A stretch of DNA of 64,000 nt from a virus (lineage: Duplodnaviria; Heunggongvirae; Uroviricota; Caudoviricetes), in IMG/VR virus record IMGVR_UViG_3300027861_000012, positions 96,380 to 160,379 of that record; one strand, given 5' to 3'. The notes under the pieces were generated by a model. It was not told where the DNA came from, ran no database searches, and saw nothing but the letters and a program-made list of their open reading frames with translations. The first letter of the stretch is position 1; each line of letters opens with the position of its first letter. This document shows, one piece after another, positions 48,843 to 57,716 of this stretch. A program made the position numbers and the translations under genes.

Positions 48843-48990
48843 TGAAGTACTTGACTAAAGGAAACCTGTGTTTCCCTAGCGTACAGGCCCGTTCGATGGT
48901 CGAAAGGTGACTGCTCCTGCCACGGCTCCCGGTGCCGCGCGGTGGCCCTTTCCGCACGTTCAAGGCTATCGAAATGAAACCGGGGTAAGT

Positions 48991-49044
48991 ATGTGAGGGA
49001 TCAAACCCTTACGTGGATGCGTGCGGGGGTCAAACCCCGCACGC
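48991..49044 (+). promoter_or_regulatory. Tandem hairpins sharing an RTCAAA loop in the early leader
   Basis: ATGTGAGGG-ATCAAA-CCCTTACGT and GCGTGCGGGG-GTCAAA-CCCCGCACGC. Confidence 0.5.
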
Positions 49045-49069
49045 TTACTTTGACATTGAGGCGGTGCCG

Positions 49070-49399
49070 ATGGAGATGTTACGTGGCCACGAAATACACA
49101 TGGGCCCCGATGAGGAATTCGTTTTCTCGGATACCGGTGCTTCCGTGCCTGATACTTGGGAATCTCGCCCTTGCGGGTACTGTGGGCGATCAAATACGCC
49201 AGAAGGATATGACGGGTGTGTCGGGCACTTACCCGGCGTGCGGAACGCCTGTTGCGGTCATGGACAGCTAAAAGCAGCCTACATCCAGTATGTCGGCGGA
49301 CGTATTATCCGGGGCATCCGTGCAAGAACAGTGATTTTGATACATTCCAGCATCGGGAGATTGACATGTTGCTTGAGGAACTTGCTGAGAAGGCCCTGA
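49070..49399 (+). CDS. Cys-rich conserved phage protein (109 aa)
   Basis: RGHEI, RPCGYCG, EGYDGCVGHLPGVRNACCGHG..AYIQ motif; SD GAGG. Confidence 0.65.
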   Translation: MEMLRGHEIHMGPDEEFVFSDTGASVPDTWESRPCGYCGRSNTPEGYDGCVGHLPGVRNACCGHGQLKAAYIQYVGGRIIRGIRARTVILIHSSIGRLTCCLRNLLRRP

Positions 49400-50286
49400 T
49401 AAGCCCTCCAGGCTTCGTAAGGTCCAATACCCAATATCTTACAGTCATGGGCTCTATCGCCTATGGCGTGTCCACAGACACGTCTGATTATGACTGCTAC
49501 GGATTCTGTATCCCACCCCGTAGTATGGTCTTTCCCCATTTGAGGGGTGAGATTCAAGGTTTTGGAACCCAGATTCAACGCTTCGAGAACTGGCAGAAAC
49601 ACCATGTCAAGGACCCCAACGCCCTGGGTGGCCGTGGCCGTGAGTATGACTTTGCAGTCTATTCTATCGTGCAGTTTTTTCATCTGTGCTTGCAGAACAA
49701 CCCAAACATCATCGACAGCCTGTTTGTGCCACAGGAATGTGTCCTCTTCGCCACCAGGGTTGGTCAGATGGTGCGAGAGAAGCGACACCGCTTTCTCCAC
49801 AAAGGTTGCTGGCACCGGTTCAAGGGCTACGCCTACTCGCAGATGAAGAAAGCCAAGAGTCAGACACGCGAAGGTAAACGGGCACAGATGGTTCAAGAAC
49901 ATGGCTATGATCTCAAGTTTGCCTATCACATTGTGCGGCTGCTCAACGAAGTCGAGCAGCTTCTCACCGAAGGTGATCTTGATCTACGTCGCAACCGTGA
50001 ACAACTCAAATCGATTCGTCGTGGGGACTGGACCTTGGAGCAGATCGAGAAGTATTTCGCGTCCAAGGAAGCCCAATTGGAGAAGGTCTATGCCGAGTGC
50101 AAGATTCTCCCATACAGCCCACAAAAGGACGGGGTGGAAGAAGAGATTCACACGCTGTTGTTGCAATGTTTGGAAGAACATTATGGTTCCATTGACGGGG
50201 CCGTGGTCTCTGAAGCTGCCGCTATACAATCCCTACGACGCATACAACAGGAAGCCGAGAACACTTTGAGGAGTTTTGGCGGATAG
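49366..50286 (+). CDS. RlaP/YcgL-like Pol-beta-family nucleotidyltransferase (306 aa)
   Basis: GSIAYG.S...SDYD catalytic motif, NNPNIIDSLF, KGYAYSQ, YDLKFAYHIVRLL; SD GGGAG before ATG 49366. Confidence 0.85.
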   Translation: MLLEELAEKALISPPGFVRSNTQYLTVMGSIAYGVSTDTSDYDCYGFCIPPRSMVFPHLRGEIQGFGTQIQRFENWQKHHVKDPNALGGRGREYDFAVYSIVQFFHLCLQNNPNIIDSLFVPQECVLFATRVGQMVREKRHRFLHKGCWHRFKGYAYSQMKKAKSQTREGKRAQMVQEHGYDLKFAYHIVRLLNEVEQLLTEGDLDLRRNREQLKSIRRGDWTLEQIEKYFASKEAQLEKVYAECKILPYSPQKDGVEEEIHTLLLQCLEEHYGSIDGAVVSEAAAIQSLRRIQQEAENTLRSFGG

Positions 50287-50289
50287 GGC

Positions 50290-50318
50290 TTGACACCGCC
50301 CCCAGGGCTTGATAAGGT
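50290..50318 (+). promoter_or_regulatory. sigma70-type promoter TTGACA-17-TAAGGT
   Basis: Consensus -35, 17-nt spacer, TG extension; SD AAGGAG follows. Confidence 0.7.
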
Positions 50319-50339
50319 AGAGATACAAGGAGCATTCGC

Positions 50340-50648
50340 ATGAATTACAATGACCGATGGGACGCATTCAAAGCCTTCCATAACTCCCACCCCAATATCT
50401 ACCCGCAATTGGTAGGTATGGCCTTTCAAATGTTGGAGGTCGGCCGCCCACACTGGCTGATGAGCAACCTGTGGGAAGTGATGAAGTTCCGTTTGGCTCA
50501 CAACCGTCTTTTGGACGTGTCTGACATGCTCGATGAGTACATTCCCTTTTATGCAGAACTCATTATGAAACGCAATCCAGAACTCCGTTGTTGGTTGTGG
50601 GCTAACGACCTCCCACTGGATCAACTGATTATGGAGCAACTGGCATGA
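50340..50648 (+). CDS. Conserved phage hypothetical protein (102 aa)
   Basis: F..FH..HP.IY...PFYAELIM..NP pattern; SD AAGGAG. Confidence 0.65.
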   Translation: MNYNDRWDAFKAFHNSHPNIYPQLVGMAFQMLEVGRPHWLMSNLWEVMKFRLAHNRLLDVSDMLDEYIPFYAELIMKRNPELRCWLWANDLPLDQLIMEQLA

Positions 50649-50815
50649 AGCTTGAGGTACACGAAGCGTGCTGTGTCTTAGAAATGGCCACCGAGCTTGA
50701 ATTTGATACACCAACCGGTATCTCGGGTACTCACATGGATTTGATTCGATCCATTTTCTGTTACTTTCCAGACTTGATTGAAGAGTACGAGCCGCTGTTT
50801 AGGGAGAGTCGTTGA
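50645..50815 (+). CDS. Small hypothetical protein (56 aa, not in ORF track)
   Basis: ATGA overlap upstream and TGATG overlap downstream. Confidence 0.55.
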   Translation: MKLEVHEACCVLEMATELEFDTPTGISGTHMDLIRSIFCYFPDLIEEYEPLFRESR

Positions 50816-51225
50816 TGTCCGCTACTGACCGTATTAAGGCACTAGCCGCTGTGATCCCAGACCCATTGAGGGTGCTCACAGACCCGGAACTCAGTGATAG
50901 TGAGGTCGCACGCGACATGACGTTGCTGAATTTTTGGCGACTCAATTTGATCATCGAAGACGGTGGGTTTCGTTATTACCTTGACCATGGTCACTATATG
51001 GAGATCGTGCAGCTTGATCACCTACTCGCGGGTACAAACCTACCGATATTACGTGAGTTCTGGAGGTTGCTGCACGAACTGACAATCATGGATGAAGACT
51101 TTGAGGGTGATGACTGGTTGCACGATGACTTGACCTTGAAGTACCTGGACCAGACAGAAGACCGCTTCCTACAATTCAATACAGAGGAGCTTTGCCAAGC
51201 ACTGGTGGAGCACTTGAAGCTATGA
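50815..51225 (+). CDS. DUF4375/DMP19-like acidic protein (tentative, 136 aa)
   Basis: IEDGGFRYYL resembles the V.NGGF.QYF motif; acidic helical C-terminus LDQTEDRF. Confidence 0.45.
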   Translation: MSATDRIKALAAVIPDPLRVLTDPELSDSEVARDMTLLNFWRLNLIIEDGGFRYYLDHGHYMEIVQLDHLLAGTNLPILREFWRLLHELTIMDEDFEGDDWLHDDLTLKYLDQTEDRFLQFNTEELCQALVEHLKL

Positions 51226-52394
51226 ACGAAATCTACCTTGATCACAATGCGACGACGTTTATGTGCCTTGAAGCTATGGGTGCCATGCGCAACTGCGCGC
51301 ATCTTGGTAATGCATCCAGTAAGCACCACAAAGGGGTCGAAGCTGACCGGAAATTGGTTGCCGAGACTAAAATCATCCGCGACATTCTCAATATCCCCAA
51401 CGATGCGAGGATTCTGTTCACCAGTGGGGCGACTGAAGCCAACAATCTCGCCATGCTTGGTTTTGGTGGCTGGAATGACCGCGACTCATACCCAGGTGCG
51501 GTTATGACTTCAGGGATTGAGCATCCCAGCATTTTGGCCCCCGTTGATGAGATGGGGGATGCCGGGTGGGAGACATTCGTCGCTGGTACCGAGAAAGGTG
51601 GCAGCGTGGATCTTGATTCAATCGAGCGTATTCTACGCGATGAGGCCACTGGAAATCAGGTTAGTGTGATGGCCCTGATACGAGCCAACCATGAGACTGG
51701 GACCATACAGCCTACACGCGCTGCCTCAATGATTTGCAAAGAGTATGACTGCCGACTGCATGTTGATGCCACCCAAGCCGTTGGCAAAATGAGCGTGGAT
51801 TTCATGCACTTGGGAGCCACATCAATGAGTTTCAGTGCTCACAAGTTCGGCGGGCCCGTTGGAATTGGGTGCCTTGTCGTGAAAGAGCCCGATATAGGCT
51901 GGATTAAGCCACTTTTGTTTGGTGGGCACCAGCAAAGGGGTTTCCGGCCGGGGACCTTACCTGTGGCACTTGTGGCAGGTATGGCGGCAGCCCTGAAACA
52001 CCGTGACGACTATGCTGGGAGCCTACGCAGCCAAGCTGCAAAGCATGTGACACTACTGGAAGAACTTCTGACCGGTGCGGGTATTGTAGCTGCAATACAC
52101 GGTGGCCCGCCACATACCCGTGTCGGCAACACAACCAATATCTCGTTGAAGGGTATACGTGCAACCAACTTTGTGTCAGCCTTGAATGATCGTAAAGTGT
52201 ACTGTTCGACCGGCGCAGCTTGTTCGGGTGAAGATGAACCATCACCGACTCTGCGAGCAATGAGTGTTGGTAAAGACCTGGAACGTAGTGCGATACGGTT
52301 CTCGGTAGGCATCTCGAATACCGAAGGCGACATTAGGGAGGCCGCACGACGAATCATTGAACTGTATCAGGAGAATCATGATGTTAGAGGCTAA
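51222..52394 (+). CDS. iscS: Cysteine desulfurase, IscS/NifS group I (390 aa)
   Basis: IYLDHNATT, FTSGATEANN, IEHPS, NHETG, HVDATQ, SAHKFGGP (PLP Lys), STGAACS (catalytic Cys). Confidence 0.93.
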   Translation: MNEIYLDHNATTFMCLEAMGAMRNCAHLGNASSKHHKGVEADRKLVAETKIIRDILNIPNDARILFTSGATEANNLAMLGFGGWNDRDSYPGAVMTSGIEHPSILAPVDEMGDAGWETFVAGTEKGGSVDLDSIERILRDEATGNQVSVMALIRANHETGTIQPTRAASMICKEYDCRLHVDATQAVGKMSVDFMHLGATSMSFSAHKFGGPVGIGCLVVKEPDIGWIKPLLFGGHQQRGFRPGTLPVALVAGMAAALKHRDDYAGSLRSQAAKHVTLLEELLTGAGIVAAIHGGPPHTRVGNTTNISLKGIRATNFVSALNDRKVYCSTGAACSGEDEPSPTLRAMSVGKDLERSAIRFSVGISNTEGDIREAARRIIELYQENHDVRG

Positions 52395-52556
52395 GTTTAG
52401 ACACTGTGTGATACAGTGAGCCTTGCTGTTTGGTTTTGTACGTTTCCCAGACAGTCTCTAAGCTGCTCATTGGAGGGAAACCCTGAGTGTCGTGAGGAGG
52501 AATGTCACAGCCACGGGAGGCGGTGAGTTTTACTCACCACCTCCCGGAGACAGATT

Positions 52557-52898
52557 ATGCAAAATGAAATGTGGACACACCGTGTTGAGATTCTCTTGAA
52601 CGGGGAATGGAAACACTATGGATTCGGCGATATTGCCAGTGAATCAGGTGATCGAATACCAGAAGAAACCATGGACGAGATGGCAGCAAAGCTGTCTGTG
52701 AAAATTGGACTACCGATTCGGTTGATCCCGATCCACAAGGTTCGATACATTGTGGAACGAAAGGACCCAGATAAGGGCTGGCATTCAACCGGGGAAGATT
52801 TCATGGCCGATAAGAAGGAGTTAGAGTTGTTCATGGACATGGCCAAGGACATGGAAGACATACATCAAGTACCGTACCGTATCAAACGCGCTCAGTAA
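52557..52898 (+). CDS. Hypothetical protein (113 aa)
   Basis: SD GGAG, ORF in operon. Confidence 0.6.
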   Translation: MQNEMWTHRVEILLNGEWKHYGFGDIASESGDRIPEETMDEMAAKLSVKIGLPIRLIPIHKVRYIVERKDPDKGWHSTGEDFMADKKELELFMDMAKDMEDIHQVPYRIKRAQ

Positions 52899-52911
52899 CA
52901 GGAGAATTGAC

Positions 52912-53238
52912 ATGTTGCTTTTTGGTTTTGTAGGCGGGCTGGTAGTTATGGGTCTGATTTGGGTAATCAGTGGTGTATTTCACACTGAGGGTAAGTCTAA
53001 CCAGACACCCGAGGAACAATTGGTCAATGCCATCGGTGCATTGGGGATACGCGAGATCAGTGTAGGTCGCTTACGTCGCGGGGAGTTCGTTGTTGGCCCG
53101 TACTCGACTGCAAAGAACTACACACTGCTGAAGGTTGCACCTTCACTGCTATGGAACAACAAGAGTGCTATGGCATTCCTGTTTAATCATGAAGGGGAGC
53201 TTGACTCCTGTGGCTGTGAACCGGATCAGGTAGGATGA
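52912..53238 (+). CDS. Membrane-anchored hypothetical protein (108 aa)
   Basis: SD AGGAG; N-terminal TM. Confidence 0.6.
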   Translation: MLLFGFVGGLVVMGLIWVISGVFHTEGKSNQTPEEQLVNAIGALGIREISVGRLRRGEFVVGPYSTAKNYTLLKVAPSLLWNNKSAMAFLFNHEGELDSCGCEPDQVG

Positions 53239-53969
53239 CTGCTAAGAGTGACAGAGAGCGTGACAGAGAGCGTGTTCTGATGAACATTGCCGTTGATACG
53301 GCGGGCTCGGTACACAACACAATGCAGCCTCTTAACGGAGGCTGGTATTTGCGATTCACTTTTGATCGTCCAGCCACCCAGTTCATTCCAGCAGAATTGG
53401 CAGAGAAAATCGGTATGCCATTGAAGCCGGGTGACATTGTGCGATGCCGCACCAATCCGAATCACCGATGGGGCATTGCGGAACTGGTCGAATGTAGGGA
53501 ACATGCTTGTTTTTTACTCCGTGAAATCGGCGGTAACAAGCTTTGCAGAATACAGAACGAAAGTGTTGATGTCTTGCGATTTATGTGCCCGGATCGTCTT
53601 TACACCGGTATACAGCATCGAGTCTATCAATGGGCCTATAAGGCATTCTCAGGGCGATACAACCCAGTCGCGGACAGGGGTAAACGATGTGGGGGCGTAG
53701 AGTTTGAGGGCGACAAGCTCACAATCTGGTGTCGAGCCCACATCTTTGTGCAGGAAACACACCCCAAAGACGGGCCAAAAATGTATGCCCAACCCAAAAA
53801 GTTTACGATGACATGGGGCAACAAAACGCGATTAAAAGACATCGTGGCCGCTATGCATGAACAGGGGTTTGCTGACGATTTCATCTATGGTCCGAATGAG
53901 CCAACCGAGGGACAAGGTGGGTTTGCGAAGTTTACACGCGACGACATTTTGCGAGGTTTGCAGCTATGA
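53235..53969 (+). CDS. Hypothetical protein (244 aa)
   Basis: ATGA overlaps at both ends. Confidence 0.7.
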   Translation: MTAKSDRERDRERVLMNIAVDTAGSVHNTMQPLNGGWYLRFTFDRPATQFIPAELAEKIGMPLKPGDIVRCRTNPNHRWGIAELVECREHACFLLREIGGNKLCRIQNESVDVLRFMCPDRLYTGIQHRVYQWAYKAFSGRYNPVADRGKRCGGVEFEGDKLTIWCRAHIFVQETHPKDGPKMYAQPKKFTMTWGNKTRLKDIVAAMHEQGFADDFIYGPNEPTEGQGGFAKFTRDDILRGLQL

Positions 53970-54286
53970 ACATACAAGAAATTGCATCAATCATGCAGGC
54001 TACGATGAGCCAATACTCGTTTCCAGAACATTGGGAGCAATGGGAAGCTCTATCTTGGCCATCTAAGGCAATACGCTGGACGTATTGGGCCGTGGTTATC
54101 GTACTGGCTTCCCTTCTAAAGCCATTGTTACTGGAGGAAGGACGCGGTACATTTTGTGCTATCTTCCCTGGGATACTGATTTTCATTGACTTCCATTGTG
54201 GGCGACGTACTACTATGACGCAGCTTGCTGTGGCGTTGGGAAAAACCAGTTTTGTGGAGCCGAGTGATGACTCAGCCATACAATGA
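53966..54286 (+). CDS. Membrane hypothetical protein (106 aa)
   Basis: Two hydrophobic segments; ATGA coupling. Confidence 0.55.
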   Translation: MNIQEIASIMQATMSQYSFPEHWEQWEALSWPSKAIRWTYWAVVIVLASLLKPLLLEEGRGTFCAIFPGILIFIDFHCGRRTTMTQLAVALGKTSFVEPSDDSAIQ

Positions 54287-55328
54287 TCTACGTGCGCGGG
54301 CTACCCAGCTTCTGAAAGCCTACGGGTTTGAGGCAAAGCTCAAAGAACTGCACCAACTGGAATCTCAGATGGTGAATCCCGCTCTTTGTATGACGTTACC
54401 AACGACTGTTTTACAAAAACATGGCGAGCTTGCAGCCGAGTTGGTTCCATGGGTGTATATTCTGAATCAACGCGAGGCATTAGACTCCATGCGGGACCAT
54501 CTTGATGGCTTCTCTGAGGATGTTTTGGACTTCGAGAAGATAATCGACAGCCTCGAATTCAAAGCCATGATGTCGGACAAAAATGCCCGTAAGTCAGCCA
54601 TCCTCACGATACACGCGCGTGACGGTGGTATGGAAGCATGTGACTGGTGCGACATGTTGGCCAGTATGTACACCAAATGGGCGGTTGCTCAAGACTTCGG
54701 GATCGAGCTTGTATCACGACATTCTGGTAAAGGAAATGCCGGCATCTCATCCATGTGCATTGAGATCACTGGGTCATATGCCTATGGGTATCTGTCCGGC
54801 GAGAATGGCCTTCACCGTCTGGTGCGAAGAAGCCCATTCAATGCCCAAGGGAAACGACAAACCAGTTTTGCCTCCGTTCAGGTTGATCCCGTGCTACCAG
54901 TGAAGACCAAAATCATATTGGAGTCAGATTTAGAGTGGGATTTCTTCATAGCACCTGGACCGGGTGGGCAACACAAAAACAAAACCGAGTCTGGGGTACG
55001 TCTCACGCACAAACCTACAGCAGTGACAGTAACTTGTGTCACAGATCGTAGTCAAAACACGAACAAGGCTAACGCCCGTGTGATGCTCGCCGGTCGGCTT
55101 GCCCGCCTACAAGAAGAGCATGATGCTACCACGCGAGCTACACAACGGAACGAGAAACCTACAGTTGGTTTCGGGTCACAAATCCGAAGCTACTTCCTAC
55201 ACCCTAAACAACGTGTCATTGACGCCCGTACTGGGCACAAGTGTGGCAATTTTGATGCTGTGCTTGATGGTAAACTTCAACCATTCCTAGATGCTTATCT
55301 GTTATGGAAAGCCCAACAAGGAGATTGA
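54267..55328 (+). CDS. prfB: Peptide chain release factor 2 (353 aa)
   Basis: GG.EACDW..ML, G.HRLVRRSPF (RF2 SPF anticodon), RQTSFA, GPGGQH.NKTESGVR, GSQIRSY; SD GGAG before ATG 54267. Confidence 0.93.
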   Translation: MTQPYNDLRARATQLLKAYGFEAKLKELHQLESQMVNPALCMTLPTTVLQKHGELAAELVPWVYILNQREALDSMRDHLDGFSEDVLDFEKIIDSLEFKAMMSDKNARKSAILTIHARDGGMEACDWCDMLASMYTKWAVAQDFGIELVSRHSGKGNAGISSMCIEITGSYAYGYLSGENGLHRLVRRSPFNAQGKRQTSFASVQVDPVLPVKTKIILESDLEWDFFIAPGPGGQHKNKTESGVRLTHKPTAVTVTCVTDRSQNTNKANARVMLAGRLARLQEEHDATTRATQRNEKPTVGFGSQIRSYFLHPKQRVIDARTGHKCGNFDAVLDGKLQPFLDAYLLWKAQQGD

Positions 55329-55330
55329 TC

Positions 55331-56182
55331 ATGCGAGCTTTTCTGATTCTGCTACTATGTTTGGTACCTGGTACTCTTGATGCGCAAGAAATCAAGTGCA
55401 AGCACTTTTTTCAGGGGATGCCTAGTGTTGATACTACCCCCTCTGAAATCATCATTCGTGATTGCTATGCACTGCAAACTAATCGGGAAACGAAGTTCCC
55501 AGCTTGGGTAGCATACCGCCTCACACTACGCGAGGTATGTGGTACCCTTGATCTTGGTCGTAAATGGCGTACTGATCCGTGGCTAGCCGCCGATGCCACC
55601 TTGGAAACCAATCGTGATGATTACCGTGGCGCTGCAACCCTGCTGTATGATCGTGGCCACCTGGTTCCGTTGGCGTCCTTCAAAGGCTCACTGAATGCCT
55701 CGCAAGTCAATTACTATTCTGTGATTGCCCCGCAACGCCGAGCTTTGAATCGTGGCCCGTGGCTTGACCTGGAGAATGCTGTTCGTGACCTCGTGTGGTC
55801 TGAAGGATCAGTTTATGTGATCGTAGGCCCACTGTACGAGAAGAAAATGGCACCATTGCCTAATGCAGACGAGCCGCATCGCGTACCGTCTGGATTTTGG
55901 ATGATTGTTGCCGCACCAACCGGCGTAAACATTGAGTATGACTCCGGAACTGGCAACTACTCGAATGGAACACAAGCAGTTGGTTTCATTGTGTCACAGG
56001 TGCCAGGCTTGTACAATTCCATCAGGGACTTCATTGTACCCATCCAAGAGATTGAGGCCCGCGCAGCCATTCAAGTCTTTCCGAATATGGACGAGGTTGA
56101 GGCTGCGCGTGTCAAGGGTTCAGTTTCATGGTACTGGATCGACGATACCTTCCTTGAGGGGGACTATTATGTCGAAGAATGA
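55331..56182 (+). CDS. Secreted DNA/RNA non-specific endonuclease (NucA/EndA type, 283 aa)
   Basis: Signal MRAFLILLLCLVPGTLDA; YDRGHL, LNRGPW..LEN.VR, VIVGPLY, VPSGFW. Confidence 0.88.
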   Translation: MRAFLILLLCLVPGTLDAQEIKCKHFFQGMPSVDTTPSEIIIRDCYALQTNRETKFPAWVAYRLTLREVCGTLDLGRKWRTDPWLAADATLETNRDDYRGAATLLYDRGHLVPLASFKGSLNASQVNYYSVIAPQRRALNRGPWLDLENAVRDLVWSEGSVYVIVGPLYEKKMAPLPNADEPHRVPSGFWMIVAAPTGVNIEYDSGTGNYSNGTQAVGFIVSQVPGLYNSIRDFIVPIQEIEARAAIQVFPNMDEVEAARVKGSVSWYWIDDTFLEGDYYVEE

Positions 56183-56315
56183 TGGCCCTACACCTGAAGC
56201 GGCCGACGAGTTTTTTACCACCTATGCCCATATCGAGTCGATGGTCTTGATTGCCAAACTCGATGCGTCTTTTGATGAATTGGAGGGGTATCTTGACCGA
56301 GAAACCAATGTCTGA
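56169..56315 (+). CDS. Small acidic hypothetical protein (48 aa)
   Basis: SD GAGGG; overlaps both neighbours. Confidence 0.45.
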   Translation: MSKNDGPTPEAADEFFTTYAHIESMVLIAKLDASFDELEGYLDRETNV

Positions 56316-56625
56316 GTCTCAATTGAAACTCGAAGCTGAAATACGTGCTCTTTACAGCCGATATCAGGCTTTGAAGAGTGAAGTCGCGGCTGTGAATGCT
56401 ACGACACACTTGTTCATCACTGAACTTGATCTGTTCATCGTGGCCACCGGCATTGCAGAGAAGGTTGGATTGTCTCTGCGCAGTTGGTCCAAGTGGAACA
56501 AGACATGGAACGATCTGTTGAAAAAGGCAGAGGTCTTTGTCGAGGGTAAGAAGCTCGAATATGGTATCACGGAAGAGACACAACCTGAACCCCAACCTGA
56601 ACCCGAGGAGAGTGCCAATGTGTGA
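56308..56625 (+). CDS. Hypothetical protein (105 aa)
   Basis: Coiled-coil N-terminus; EPQP repeat tail. Confidence 0.55.
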   Translation: MSESQLKLEAEIRALYSRYQALKSEVAAVNATTHLFITELDLFIVATGIAEKVGLSLRSWSKWNKTWNDLLKKAEVFVEGKKLEYGITEETQPEPQPEPEESANV

Positions 56626-56791
56626 CGCATGTGTAAGAAATGGTGGCCGTAGCCCGATGGCCCAGTGTTTCCCGGTGATTCTACGATTTCGGTCGTAATC
56701 ACCCAAGATGGCGATGAGACCGAGCCGGTAAAAGACTGGACCGGGGCTGGTCGGATGCGTATTCGTGTCGAGCAACCGGAGGCCGAATAGC

Positions 56792-57298
56792 ATGTATCGC
56801 TTTGCCTTGTGTCAAACTCATCCTAAGTGTCCCGATGTCCAGGGTTGGTACCTGATTCTGGAGCCCGATGATCTTGATACCTTGATGAAGTTGCATAAAG
56901 GCGTAATCAGCCTGTACTACCACACGTTCGGCATGGACCCCCACATCGACAAGTCTGATCTGGCATGGTACTACAACCCCATCAGACTTGGCGCGTCGTG
57001 GCTGGGGTCCATGGAGAAGTTCTTGGCTGCCGGGACTACCCTTGCCGTCAATTACAGGGGTGGTATGGTTTCGTTTGACGGCCTGAAGGTACTGAACGTC
57101 ATCGAATCGAAGCTACTGCACTGGCCTGACATCCAGAATGATGAGGTGATCACGATTTCGCGGTGGCCACACGGACATCACTACTATTTGGCCAGTGACG
57201 TAGGCCGGGTCTTTGTACCGGACAAGTACGTTCGTTACGAAGACGCTCGGCGGGCGGCCGAGAAGTACACAGACAACATCAACGACAAGGGCTGCTAG
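56792..57298 (+). CDS. Hypothetical protein (168 aa)
   Basis: SD GGAGG before ATG 56792; ends TAG. Confidence 0.6.
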   Translation: MYRFALCQTHPKCPDVQGWYLILEPDDLDTLMKLHKGVISLYYHTFGMDPHIDKSDLAWYYNPIRLGASWLGSMEKFLAAGTTLAVNYRGGMVSFDGLKVLNVIESKLLHWPDIQNDEVITISRWPHGHHYYLASDVGRVFVPDKYVRYEDARRAAEKYTDNINDKGC

Positions 57299-57374
57299 CA
57301 CCCCTCTAATGGGTGGTGATTAAAATAAATGGCCCGAAATTTTAACGTGGACGCTTCCGTTAAAGGAATCTTGC

Positions 57375-57716
57375 ATGAATTTTAAGCGGATACCCGCCGT
57401 GATCAACGCAATTGACCATCTGATGATGGTTCGAGAGGAAGTGGCCCGCAAAAAGGCTGCTGGGGACCACGAGAAGCTCCCGGAGAGTCGCTTTCGATTC
57501 CTGGTCCGGGCGATCTCGGAAGAGGGCGGGGCGTTCTCCTACGAGAATGCCTATGCCTTCTGGATTGACGACTGGTTCTGTGTGGTGGCCGAGCATTGCC
57601 CAGCAGAAGCCTACCATCGTGACGAGCTTCTGTGGTGGGGCATCTATGCACGGCAAGAAGAACCCAACTTCACGGACACCTACGATGACCTACTGAACAT
57701 GGAGGCAACCCTTTGA
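57375..57716 (+). CDS. Hypothetical protein (113 aa)
   Basis: SD AAAGGA; ORF in operon. Confidence 0.6.
   Translation: MNFKRIPAVINAIDHLMMVREEVARKKAAGDHEKLPESRFRFLVRAISEEGGAFSYENAYAFWIDDWFCVVAEHCPAEAYHRDELLWWGIYARQEEPNFTDTYDDLLNMEATL

Noticed and set aside
50284-50343. TAG readthrough of the RlaP-like gene would end in an ATGA overlap with the next gene
   Set aside because: The 18 extra codons coincide with a strong sigma70 promoter and SD, and other TAGs behave as true stops; likely coincidence.
51222-52394. Dnd/Ssp phosphorothioation system
   Set aside because: Only the desulfurase is present; no dndB-E or ssp genes in the window.
52395-52556. tRNA gene
   Set aside because: No T-loop (TTCRA) or cloverleaf could be built; no tRNA was recognised anywhere in the window.
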